This document shows positions 1 to 9,027 of a stretch of 32,000 nt of DNA, piece after piece. How positions within the stretch are numbered: the first letter of the stretch is position 1; every line of letters begins with the position of its first letter. Below the pieces are notes generated by a model. That model worked only from the letters and a program-made list of their open reading frames with translations, did not search any database and had not been told where the DNA came from. The DNA is from Candidatus Iainarchaeum sp. (GTDB taxonomy: Archaea > Iainarchaeota > Iainarchaeia > Iainarchaeales > CSSED10-239): the NCBI GenBank assembly GCA_037441475.1, contig JBBISB010000001.1:517465-549464 (forward strand), in the 5' to 3' direction. The translations under genes and the position numbers were made by a program.

Positions 1-213
1 CCTTATCTATTAGTATATATTTCCCTATCTGTTTATCTGTTATTTTTAACCTCTTACTCAACTTATAAATAATATTTGTTGAAAGATATCTTTCTTTATA
101 GTAGTTTATAGGGAAGGTAAAAAAGTGGTTTTGTTCGGCTGAATGAACAAAAACGAGTAGTTTTGTTCAACAGACTGAACAATATATAAACTTTTCTATA
201 AATATAATAATAT

Positions 214-1469
214 ATGAATGAAATTATTTTTTCTAAAATTTTACTTGAAAGTAAGAAAAAAAAGAAAACATTACTTCCTTTAAACATAAAAGATATTTAT
301 TTTCAAATATTGAAAAATCTTCAAAAGACTATTATATAGGTATCTATGGTTTAAGAGGTATTGGAAAAACAGTTTTATTATTACAACTATATTCAAAATT
401 AGACGACTCAGATTCAATATATTTTTCAGCAGACTCTACTTATTTATCTTTGTTTCCTTTATATGATATTTTAAAATTTTTAATAAATAAAAAATATAAA
501 AACATTTTTATAGATGAAATTACTTATAAAGAAAATTGGGTTCAAGATATAAAAACTATTTTTGATGAAGAAAAAATAAATATTTATTTTACAAGCTCTT
601 CTTCTATAAACATACAAAAAGGAGCTGATCTTTCAAGAAGAGTTTTATTATTTGAATTAAAACCAGCATCCTTAAGAGAATATATAAATATTAAGTATGA
701 TAAAGATATTCCTGTAATAACTTTTAATGATATAATAGATTCTAACAAAAGAAAACAAATAACTTCAAATTATGTCCTTTATTATAATTATTATGAAGAA
801 TATTTAAAATTTGGAGGTTTCTTATATTCTAAAGATAATGATCTTATTAGTTATTATAAATCTATAGATAATATTTTTAAAAAAATACTTTATTCTGATT
901 TAAATAACATAAGGAGAATAGATCCTAAAATAGAAACCGATATTTTAAATATATTCTATTTACTATCCAATTCTTCTCCTTTACAGTTAAGTTATTCAAA
1001 TTTAGCTAAATCATTAAATAGTATAAGTAAAAACACCTTAATTTCAATTATTAATGATTTAGAAAAAATTAATTTAATTAAACAATTAAAACCATGTTCT
1101 TTTGGTTATGCTTTAATTAGAAGTGATTCTAAAATATTTTTAAATCTTCCTTTTAGATATTTCTTTTCAAGTCTATTAAATAAGGTGCCAAACACTGGTT
1201 CATTAAGAGAAGATTTTTTTGTAAGTGCTTTATCTCCTGATTGTTATATTAAAACCGGTAAAGATAAGTCTGCTGATTTTATGAAAAGCAATATTATTTT
1301 CGAAATTGGTGGAAAAAATAAAAAAGATAATCAAAAAGCAGATTTTATTGTTTCAGACGATCTTGAGTTTTCTGAAAAAAAATACCTTTATTTTTATTTG
1401 GGTTTATTTACTAAAGAAATACTTTATTATTTTGGAGTAAATAGTATAGTACTTAAGGGTCTAAAATAA
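214..1469 (+). pseudogene. AAA_14/DUF4143-type ATPase, apparent frameshift at an A8 run (256-263)
   Basis: Frame 1 opens with MNEIIFSKILLESKKKK. The frame used by the 450..1469 ORF is open from 255 and encodes ENITSFKHKRYLFSNIEKSSKDYYIGIYGLRGIGKTVLLLQLYSKL, with a Walker A motif (GLRGIGKT) upstream of the listed start. The C-terminus SGKDKSADF-like/IFEIGGKNKKDNQKADF resembles DUF4143. Confidence 0.75.
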
Positions 1470-1581
1470 ATTAATTTTTAAAAAATAACCCTAAAACAAT
1501 CTACTTTAAAAATATTATCTTCTTATATTTCTTATAGTTATATTAATTATATTTAAATTAAAAAAGAGTTGTTTATAAAAT

Positions 1582-1950
1582 ATGTTTCTAAAAAATGAAA
1601 AAGCACAAATCTCTTTAGAGTTTTTAATAATCTTAGGCGTAATTATCTTAGCTGTAATTATTTTTGTAACCTATTACTTAGGAATAATAAATAAAAACCT
1701 AGATAAAAGCACAGAAGCAGCAAATGCTTCTCAAATAAACCTTAATATTGAAAGAGAAATAGTTCTTCCAACAACAACCTCTCCATCTACATCAATAGCT
1801 ACTTGTGGTAATGGAACAATTGATGCTATGGAAGTATGTGATACTGCGCCTGGCACAGGCACTTTTCCTGCAGGCCTAACTTGCGCAAATATTCCTGGTC
1901 CTGGTAATAATTTAAATTGTAATAGTTGTGCCACTATTACTTGTAGCTGA
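1582..1950 (+). CDS. Archaeal prepilin-like protein with class III signal peptide and Cys-rich C-terminus
   Basis: N-terminus KAQISLEFLIILGVIILAVIIFVTYY matches the class III (QxSxE + hydrophobic helix) signal. The C-terminus CGNGTIDAMEVCD resembles the Myxococcus Cys-rich/DUF4215 repeat start. Confidence 0.75.
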   Translation: MFLKNEKAQISLEFLIILGVIILAVIIFVTYYLGIINKNLDKSTEAANASQINLNIEREIVLPTTTSPSTSIATCGNGTIDAMEVCDTAPGTGTFPAGLTCANIPGPGNNLNCNSCATITCS

Positions 1951-1969
1951 TTTTTAAAAAACCTCCTCT

Positions 1970-1995
1970 TAAACCCCCTAAACATAAGGGGTTTA
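1970..1995. terminator. Hairpin downstream of prepilin gene
   Basis: TAAACCCC-(10 nt)-GGGGTTTA perfect 8-bp inverted repeat between convergent genes. Confidence 0.5.
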
Positions 1996-2057
1996 ACAAA
2001 CCGGCTAGTGGAACGTCAGGTTTAAGTAGTTAATCTAAAAGTTTTTTTTTAAAAACT

Positions 2058-2399
2058 TTAGACCTTTATCTTCCTTAAAACATTATCGACTTCTTTAATA
2101 TCTATTTCTCTTTTATCAATCTCACTCTTTGATAAAACCTTACTTTCTATAATCTTTTCATAAAAATCTTTATAGCTAAGGCCTGCAAGCTTAGCTGCCT
2201 CTGATAAAGTAGAATTTGTTTTTTCAAGAAGCTCTACAGCTTTTTTAAACCTATATTCTAAAACTCCCTTCTCAATAATACTTCTAAGAAGTTCAGATTC
2301 ACTTATCTTTGTTTCCTTAACCATATAGTTTATATTTTTTATAGTGGAATCAGATAATCTTATTGTTTTTGATTTTAACTTATATTCCATATTTTTCAC
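2058..2399 (-). CDS. Ribbon-helix-helix/UPF0175-like small DNA-binding protein (antitoxin-like)
   Basis: KSKTIRLSDSTIKNINYMVKETKISESELLRSIIEKG (RHH-like) followed by AVELLEKTNSTLSEAAKLAGLSYKDFYEKI (HTH/UPF0175-like). Confidence 0.6.
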   Translation of the reverse strand: MKNMEYKLKSKTIRLSDSTIKNINYMVKETKISESELLRSIIEKGVLEYRFKKAVELLEKTNSTLSEAAKLAGLSYKDFYEKIIESKVLSKSEIDKREIDIKEVDNVLRKIKV

Positions 2400-2479
2400 A
2401 TTTTTTTAAATATTCTTTTCCAATATAAATATATTTTTGTTTTATTTTGTTTGTTAAAAGATTTAAGTAATTATTTGCA

Positions 2480-3215
2480 TTATCTAAAGTTATTTTTTAT
2501 TATTTCTTCACAAATTATTTTAAAATCAATCCTATTTTTTTTAAATATAAAGTGATTTGTAGAGTTATTATAATATTTTATTTTTAGAGGGTCATTTATT
2601 ATTTGTTTTAATTTTAAGGTTACTTTTTCATTTATGCTAAGTCTTTTTATTTTTAGTATGTGATATATATCGTAAATATCTTTTCCTTCATCCCTATTTA
2701 GAAACGCATCTATTTTTTGAAAAAAAAGTTCTTCTAAAGAATATACTTTATATAGAGATGTTATGTTGCTTGTAAATCCTGGATTTATAATTTTTAATTC
2801 TGCAGAATGCATTTTTTATTGTTTATTCTAAATTCTAATCTTATTTTGTATTTTTCATTAAATTCATTAATATATTGTACAGCATACCTTATTGTTTTAT
2901 TCATTATTCTAGGATTACTTAAAATATACTCGTTTAGTTCTTTTTTAATTATTTTGTATATTTCTTCTTTAATTGTATTTATTTCTTTATAGTATATATG
3001 TCAAAATCAATATCTTCTGAAAATCTTTTATTTTCTGAAAAATAAACTCTATTTAATGCCGTGCCTCCTTTTAAAATAATATTTTCTATTTTTCCTTCTA
3101 ATTTTTTAAATATTTTAGAAAGTTCTATATCTTTCATAATATAGTTTATAGATAAACCTGTTTCTAAAGCCTTTTTTCTAATTTCCTTTACTGCAGTCAT
3201 TTTTAATTCCACCAA
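2480..3215 (-). pseudogene. AbiEii-like nucleotidyltransferase toxin, disrupted by two apparent frameshifts
   Basis: The N-terminal piece (2979..3215) has LKGGTALNRVYFSENKRFSEDIDFDI, typical of AbiEii/DUF1814. The C-terminal piece (2480..2812) has YKVYSLEELFFQKIDAFLNRDEGKDIYDIYHIL. The middle is open in a third frame, encoding INTIKEEIYKIIKKELNEYILSNPRIMNKTIRYAVQYINEFNEKYKIRLEFRINNKK. Confidence 0.75.
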
Positions 3216-3985
3216 CTAATGATGTTTTCTTTTCCAAAATTATCTTTTATTTTCCAATCAGATAAGTATTTGGATTTTCTTTGTTTGCTGTTAAAAAGAT
3301 AAGTTTTTGATTTTTCTTGTTCTTTAAAAAAATCAATTACTTTTAAGGGTATTTTTATGTTTGTTTCTTTATTAATTAAATCTAAGATATAGCCTGTTAT
3401 CTGTTTTTGTCTTTTACTTTTTATTTCTTTATTTAATTTAATAAATTCATCCCAGTTTATTTTATTAGATATTTCGTATATAGCTTTAGAAAGAGTAGGA
3501 TACCCTCCTGAATATTCTATTTTTGAAAAACAATCTAAAATTGTTTTTTCAAGAGTAGATATTGGTATTTCTTCTTTAATAATGTAATTATTGAAATTTT
3601 TCGTATTAATATATTTTATTGTAATTTCGTTTATTTTAATCTCTTTAGATTTATTATTGGTTGCTATAAATATAGTTTCTGGAAGATAATCAATTAGTCC
3701 ATAATTATATAGTGCAGTAGAATATGCAATATACCCAAAGTTATATGTTATTGCAATTTTTTGAATTTCTTTATAACTATATTCTTGATTTAATAGATAT
3801 GTTCCTTTACTTATTCTTAGGATATATTTTTTATCAACTAAATTTTTTAAAAATCTGTTAATCTTATTTGTATTTAAGTCTGGATAAACTTGATGTATTT
3901 CCTTGGTTGTAAAAAGAGTAGTGATGTCTTTTATAGTGGTGTATATTTCTAGTTCGCCTTTAGATAGGTGGTTATTATTTACCAT
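3203..3985 (-). CDS. AbiEi-like antitoxin / transcriptional regulator (type IV TA)
   Basis: N-terminal winged-helix-like IKDITTLFTTKEIHQVYPDLNTNKINRFLKNLVDKKYILRISKGTYLL, central 'ISTLEKTILDCF', and operon overlap with the AbiEii-like gene. Confidence 0.75.
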   Translation of the reverse strand: MVNNNHLSKGELEIYTTIKDITTLFTTKEIHQVYPDLNTNKINRFLKNLVDKKYILRISKGTYLLNQEYSYKEIQKIAITYNFGYIAYSTALYNYGLIDYLPETIFIATNNKSKEIKINEITIKYINTKNFNNYIIKEEIPISTLEKTILDCFSKIEYSGGYPTLSKAIYEISNKINWDEFIKLNKEIKSKRQKQITGYILDLINKETNIKIPLKVIDFFKEQEKSKTYLFNSKQRKSKYLSDWKIKDNFGKENIISWWN

Positions 3986-4114
3986 ATAATGTAATTATGT
4001 TGCATTAAGTTTAAATAATTAACCATTTACAATAATTAATATTTTTAACCCTTTATTTAGAAAAATAATAAAACCTAATTTTTTATTTGTTAACAAGATT
4101 AATTAAAAAGAAAC

Positions 4115-6436
4115 CTACTCTTCCGCAACTCTATTTTCTTTTATCCTCTTAATAATCCTTGGAGCGAACTTTTCAATATACCATTTCTTCCAAATCTCAA
4201 ACACTTCATCATAGTTTGTCTTACCGTGCTCATCTAAATATTCTTCCTTGGTTATTAAAAGCTTGTTATGAGTAAAAACAGTATTTTCAGCTTCCAAAAG
4301 CTCCATGACCTGGTTTTCCTGAGCAAAGTCTACTTGGAACTTCTTTTCCTTTGCCCTTAAGGTGATGTTATCCCATATCTCTTCAATAGTCATACCAGTA
4401 AGTCTTGATATCTTAGAGAAGATCTCAGAGTCTTTTAAGGCATCTTCATTAAGCACCAAGGTATCCTTTGAAGCATCATACTCCATTAGGTTTAAAATAC
4501 CCCCTTCAACCTCAGGATCAGTACTCCAATGTTTTCTAACCTCTGTTATCTGAACAACCCTTCTATGACTCTTAAGAGAGCCTTTAAACCTAATAGGCTT
4601 TGCAACAACAATAATGTCTGTTGCCTTAAATGAGGTGGTAGGTACATCTAAATCATTAACTACTCTGTCCCATACAGCATAAGCTGAGTCTGCGTGTATA
4701 GTTCCCATTACTACATTCCCTGCAGCACCAACTCTCATGGCTTCATACAGTACTTTTGCTTCAACAGATCTTACTTCTCCTACAATTAAAGCAGAATCAC
4801 CAAGTCTTAAAGCTGTTCTTAAGGCATCCTCTGGCTTCATTTCTGTGTTTGCATCCTCTCTAGTTCCACCAATAGCTGATCTTGTTTTTAATCTTTGGGC
4901 ATTAAAACCAATATCCTTCATATACATTACAGGAAGTTCTAAAGTGTCTTCTTGAACAATAATTCTTGCATTTTGTAAAATTTCAAGCATTAAGGCTGTC
5001 ATTAAAGAGGTTTTTCCTGCACCACGTGATCCTGCAACCAAAAGAGTGGAGTTGTTGTCTATAAAGAAGCTTAACATTCCAGCAGCTAAAGGGTTAAGTG
5101 ATTTAACATTTATAAGTTGAGGTAAGGTCCATGGTGTATCTTTATGTAACCTAAAAGCAAAGGCTATACCGTCTGTTGCAAGGGGCCTACCAATAACAGC
5201 TATCCTTGTGTTTAAATCTGGCATATCAAAGTCTAAGACAGGGTGTGCATCATCAAAAGGTCTTCCTGACATTGCTCTTATTTTTCCAACAAAGCTTTCT
5301 GCATCTTTTTCAGGATAATGAACATTTGTTTGACATTGTCCATATTTTGAGTGCACTAAGTATATTGGTTTTGCACCTAATGGTGAATCAAGATAAACAT
5401 CTGTTACTTGTTTGTCTGAAAGTAATAGTTCTAAAACACCATATCCAATAGTGTATCTTGTAACAATCTCTGATAGTGAATAAACATCATCAGGGGATAG
5501 TTCTATGTTATATTTTTTTGCAATATCAATGATTGTTGATTGATATATTCTTTGGAAATATTTTCTTGTACTCTCTCCAGTTGTTAAAGTTACTTTTCCT
5601 GGTTTATAGTTTGCTACAGTATCTTTTGTTTTTGTTAAAACAAAGTAGTGATCAGGGGAAAGAGTATACTCTGGAGGGTTAATTAAATATATATATTCTA
5701 CTTTTTCTGGATGTTTAAATATCTGTACAGAGGTGTTTAATACCTGGTATTCGTCAACAAATTCTAGAGTATCCATGTCTTTAAAGGTTAATTTTGATCC
5801 TATAAAAGAAGGCTTTATCTCTACTTCAAAGATTGTTCTATAGATATCTGTAACTTCAGATAGGTCTTTTACCTTCATTAAAAGCGGTTTTATTTTTCTT
5901 ATAAACTCTGTTTTTTCATACATCTCTTTTAGTTTTAAAAGATGTTTTACGTTTTGTGTAAAGCAAGGCTCGCATGGTTGTCCTCTTCTCTCTTGCCCTC
6001 TGTTTTTTGTATTTTCAATTTCTTTTAATAAACTAATGTATGAGGCTATAGGGTCATAGGCAAGAAGCTCTCTTGCAAACTTAATAATGTTATTATGTCT
6101 TTCTGGATAACATTCATCACAATCAATGTCTTTAAGGCCTAAGTGTTGTGACACCCAGACAGCTCTGTTTTCAAACTCTAAAAGTAGGTTTACCATTTCC
6201 TTAAGGTACTTGGTTTGTTCTTCATTATAGTTTCTTTCATAAACTTCAGCTAGGATGATTTCATCAGCATCAACAGTTTCTAGAACTTTCATTGCATGGA
6301 ACCTACATCTAGGGTCTTCAGCTATGGAGGTGTTGTAAGGGCAGTTTCTACAATCAAAAACTAGTTTTTTCTTATTTCCTTCAGTTGTTACTGCATAATC
6401 TCCAACTGTGAAATTTCCTATCTTCATACCTATCAA
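4115..6436 (-). CDS. Archaeal type II/IV secretion (pilus/archaellum-type) ATPase
   Basis: Walker A LLVAGSRGAGKTS, Asp box IIVQEDTLELP, Walker B ALIVGEVR, His box GNVVMGTIHADSA. The N-terminal region is Cys-rich. Confidence 0.92.
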   Translation of the reverse strand: MIGMKIGNFTVGDYAVTTEGNKKKLVFDCRNCPYNTSIAEDPRCRFHAMKVLETVDADEIILAEVYERNYNEEQTKYLKEMVNLLLEFENRAVWVSQHLGLKDIDCDECYPERHNNIIKFARELLAYDPIASYISLLKEIENTKNRGQERRGQPCEPCFTQNVKHLLKLKEMYEKTEFIRKIKPLLMKVKDLSEVTDIYRTIFEVEIKPSFIGSKLTFKDMDTLEFVDEYQVLNTSVQIFKHPEKVEYIYLINPPEYTLSPDHYFVLTKTKDTVANYKPGKVTLTTGESTRKYFQRIYQSTIIDIAKKYNIELSPDDVYSLSEIVTRYTIGYGVLELLLSDKQVTDVYLDSPLGAKPIYLVHSKYGQCQTNVHYPEKDAESFVGKIRAMSGRPFDDAHPVLDFDMPDLNTRIAVIGRPLATDGIAFAFRLHKDTPWTLPQLINVKSLNPLAAGMLSFFIDNNSTLLVAGSRGAGKTSLMTALMLEILQNARIIVQEDTLELPVMYMKDIGFNAQRLKTRSAIGGTREDANTEMKPEDALRTALRLGDSALIVGEVRSVEAKVLYEAMRVGAAGNVVMGTIHADSAYAVWDRVVNDLDVPTTSFKATDIIVVAKPIRFKGSLKSHRRVVQITEVRKHWSTDPEVEGGILNLMEYDASKDTLVLNEDALKDSEIFSKISRLTGMTIEEIWDNITLRAKEKKFQVDFAQENQVMELLEAENTVFTHNKLLITKEEYLDEHGKTNYDEVFEIWKKWYIEKFAPRIIKRIKENRVAEE

Positions 6437-6621
6437 GTAGCCTTTATTTTCTAAAATATTATATTAATAGTAGGTAAATAGTTTATTTAAATGTTATTAT
6501 TTTCTTTTAATAGTGCTTCTCTTTTTGTTAAAGGTTTTTTTAAAAGTAAAGGAAGGAGAGTAGGTAAATGTTATTTTAATTATCAAAGGGTATTTTTTTA
6601 AAAAATGGTTTACTTTCTCTT

Positions 6622-6660
6622 TTATCCTGGACAAACCAATTTTTTAAATGTCCAGGGTAA
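6622..6660. promoter_or_regulatory. Strong inverted repeat upstream of the secretion ATPase gene
   Basis: CCTGGACA (6626-6633) pairs with TGTCCAGG (6649-6656), and the stem extends to about 12 bp with one G-T pair. It is GC-rich compared with the surroundings. Confidence 0.45.
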
Positions 6661-6798
6661 GGCAGTCTTTTCTTTTACAAAGCTTTTTTCTTAGATTTTA
6701 TTTTTTTAAAGCCTTTTCTAAATAATGTAAGAAAAATACCTTATTTCTTACGTTTTTACGTAAGCTTTTAAGTTAACTTTCCTTTTTATTACTTAAAA

Positions 6799-6829
6799 GA
6801 TATCTTTTTGATATCTTTAAGATATATTT
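6799..6829 (+). promoter_or_regulatory. Three direct repeats at 11-bp spacing upstream of the RHH/RelE operon (candidate operator)
   Basis: GATATCTTT at 6799 and 6810 and GATATATTT at 6821, immediately upstream of the RHH gene. Confidence 0.5.
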
Positions 6830-6856
6830 AAATATGTTTTGTTTAATAAGTAATAT

Positions 6857-7141
6857 ATGGATGAATTTATAGTTAGGTTAAAAGGAAAGCCAAAAGAATA
6901 CATGGACTCTCTTTTAAGTAAAGGTTATTTTAGTAATAAAAACGAAATAGTTAGGCATGGTATTTTAGAGCTTGCAAATAAATATGATATCAAGGATAAT
7001 TATATCTATGATAAAGAAGAACTTACAAAGGTTGGTAAGGTAATTGAAAGGGAATTAAGGGATATTAAGAAAAAGAAAAGCAAGCTTTATTCTGAAAAGG
7101 ATTTCTTAAAGTTATTTCCTCATCTTAAAGATATTAAATAG
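6857..7141 (+). CDS. RHH (CopG/ParD-like) antitoxin
   Basis: Small basic protein 'LLSKGYFSNKNEIVRHGILELANKY', located directly upstream of the RelE-like toxin ORF. Confidence 0.65.
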   Translation: MDEFIVRLKGKPKEYMDSLLSKGYFSNKNEIVRHGILELANKYDIKDNYIYDKEELTKVGKVIERELRDIKKKKSKLYSEKDFLKLFPHLKDIK

Positions 7142-7150
7142 TGGTATTAT

Positions 7151-7414
7151 TTGTATGATTATAGTTTAACTGAATCATTTATAAAAGATTTTAAAAAACT
7201 AGACTCTTCTTTACAAAAGATTATTTTTAAAAAAATTAATTATCTAGTGCAAGAGCAAATTACTAGAAAACACTTAAAATATGGTTTGCCTTATTTTGTT
7301 TTAAAAATTAATATTTCTTCAAGGCTTGTTTATGTAATTAAAGAAAATTCATTGATATTTGTGAAGGTTTTTAAAAATCAAAAGGACTATGAAAACTGGT
7401 TTTCTTCTTTATAA
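7151..7414 (+). CDS. RelE/ParE-like toxin
   Basis: 'SFIKDFKKLDSSLQKIIFKKINYLVQE...LPYFVLKINISSRLVYVIKENSLIFVKVFKNQKDYENWF' follows the RelE fold pattern. 10-nt gap to the antitoxin. Confidence 0.75.
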   Translation: MYDYSLTESFIKDFKKLDSSLQKIIFKKINYLVQEQITRKHLKYGLPYFVLKINISSRLVYVIKENSLIFVKVFKNQKDYENWFSSL

Positions 7415-7672
7415 CTTTTTAATAACATCTTCATAGAAACCCTTTGCTATATACCCTAAGCAAGGAGAGGATATATACTCTTTAATCTCATTTATTTTTA
7501 TCCACTTGTAGTTTACTCCTTTCTTAGTAATAGTTTCTTCTAAAGAATCTGTTGTAGCATAATAATACTCGGTATGCATTTTTTTAAAAACATTCTCTTC
7601 TTTTTCAAACCAGTTATGACATTCTCCAATCTTTTTTTTAAGCAAGGTAATATTCTTAATACCAGTGCTCAC
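7409..7672 (-). CDS. Hypothetical protein, ATGA overlap with the upstream nucleotidyltransferase gene
   Basis: Uninterrupted 87-aa ORF, overlapping the preceding gene by 4 nt (7669-7672). Confidence 0.5.
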   Translation of the reverse strand: MSTGIKNITLLKKKIGECHNWFEKEENVFKKMHTEYYYATTDSLEETITKKGVNYKWIKINEIKEYISSPCLGYIAKGFYEDVIKKL

Positions 7673-8533
7673 TTCAATTTCTTGGAGATATCTTTACCCT
7701 CTACCTTGTCTTTAAGGTTTTTAGGGTATGACCAAAAAGAACAGCTTGCCTTTTCATCTTCAGTTATAAGTAGTTTCTTAGTTTTGGTGTTATAGACAAG
7801 TCCCCCTCTAGCGTAACCTAAAATAACCTTTAATTTCTTATTACTCTCATATATCTTCTTAAGATCAGTTTTTTCTAAAATCTCTTCAAACTTAAGTATC
7901 TGATTTAAGATTATTTCTTTATCTATGTTGTTATAGTCTTTTATCTTAAGTAACCTGTCCTCTACTTCCTTTTCATTAACCTTTAATTGCCTAAGTAGCC
8001 TTGCATATTTGTAAAGGTTATGATACATTCTATATTTATTATCTTCAAAATAACTTTCTAAAAAATCAATTCTTATTTTTGAAAAAACACTGGTTGTTTC
8101 AAAACTAAACTCAAAGTAACTTTTTTTCTTTAAAATTTCTAATAAATCTTCTTCAAGTCTATTTCCATATATAAAAAAACTGTTTAATATAAAGTCATAA
8201 AGGTAAGGGTAGAACATATCTGTTGTAATATTTTTAAAGTTGTTTTTCTCAACATTGTTTATCTTAAACTCTATTTTAATGTTGTTTTCCTTAGATATTT
8301 TTTTTTATCTTAGAGAGTACTTCTATTTCTTTTTTTAAAATTTCTTTCTTTTTTGTAAACGCCATTATGTTAATATCACTTTCTTTAGGGGTAATCTCTC
8401 CTCTAGCAAAGGAACCATGTATGTATACTGCTTTTATAAAAGAGTATTTTCTACTATTAAACTCTTCTTTTAAGTAGTTTGCAAGCTTATAATAGCTTTC
8501 TAAGTTTTTATCTATAATTTCCATGCTCTTCAT
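7669..8533 (-). pseudogene. MNT-type nucleotidyltransferase-domain protein split by frameshift at a T9 (A9 on coding strand) run, 8298-8306
   Basis: 8291..8533 encodes KAVYIHGSFARGEITPKESDINIM. Removing one A from the run gives continuous KIKKISKENNIKIEFKINNVEKNNFKNITTDMFYPYLYDF, which joins 7669..8217. Confidence 0.7.
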
Positions 8534-8747
8534 ACCTTTGTTTTAAAGATATGTTGTCTATATATTTTTTAAAGGTTTTGCTTTTTTTTAACAACCGTTG
8601 TTTTGTTTTCCATATATTTCTCTCTTAATTATTTTGTTTTTATCTTAAGTTCTATTTATAAGGTTTTTTTGATAATAAATAATATTAATCATATAACTTT
8701 TAGAATATTTTCTTATTTTAAAAAACGACGATCTAACTAAGGTGATA

Positions 8748-8954
8748 AAAATGAATAAAACACATTTACTAATAGGTATATTAGTAATTATAGCAGCATC
8801 CTTTTTACTTGCAGTACAAGTTGACTTTAAAGCTAGTAAGAAAGAACAAATACAGATGTATATATTTGAGGATAAATTAATTGAAGATAATTTTTTGTTT
8901 AATGAAGAAAAATGGTTTTTGAACAATCCACCTCTTCTTTTAATCTTTTCTTAA
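8748..8954 (+). CDS. Small N-terminally membrane-anchored protein
   Basis: ATG preceded by AAGGTGATaaaa. MNKTHLLIGILVIIAASFLLAVQVDFKAS hydrophobic helix. Confidence 0.5.
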   Translation, partial: KMNKTHLLIGILVIIAASFLLAVQVDFKASKKEQIQMYIFEDKLIEDNFLFNEEKWFLNNPPLLLIFS

Positions 8955-9027
8955 ACAATATTGTTTATAAACATTTCTTAACATATATTTTTTAAGTTTT
9001 AAATTAAATAAAAGGAGCAATACAGAT

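Noticed and set aside
96-287. Minus-strand 63-aa ORF
   Set aside because: Low-complexity Phe-rich product overlapping the repeat/promoter region and the start of the ATPase gene, with no supporting signal.
1731-1985. Minus-strand ORF opposite the prepilin gene
   Set aside because: Antisense shadow of a clearly supported coding frame.
2807-2992. Plus-strand ORF in the AbiEii region
   Set aside because: It lies opposite the middle, frameshifted part of the AbiEii-like gene, and its hydrophobic product is a low-complexity artefact.
4362-5451. Plus-strand ORFs opposite the secretion ATPase
   Set aside because: Shadows of the strongly supported minus-strand gene.
7574-7795. Plus-strand ORF across the 7409..7672 and 7669..8217 junction
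   Set aside because: Antisense to better supported, overlapping minus-strand ORFs.
8645-8926. Minus-strand 93-aa ORF
   Set aside because: Antisense to the small anchored protein that has a ribosome-binding site.
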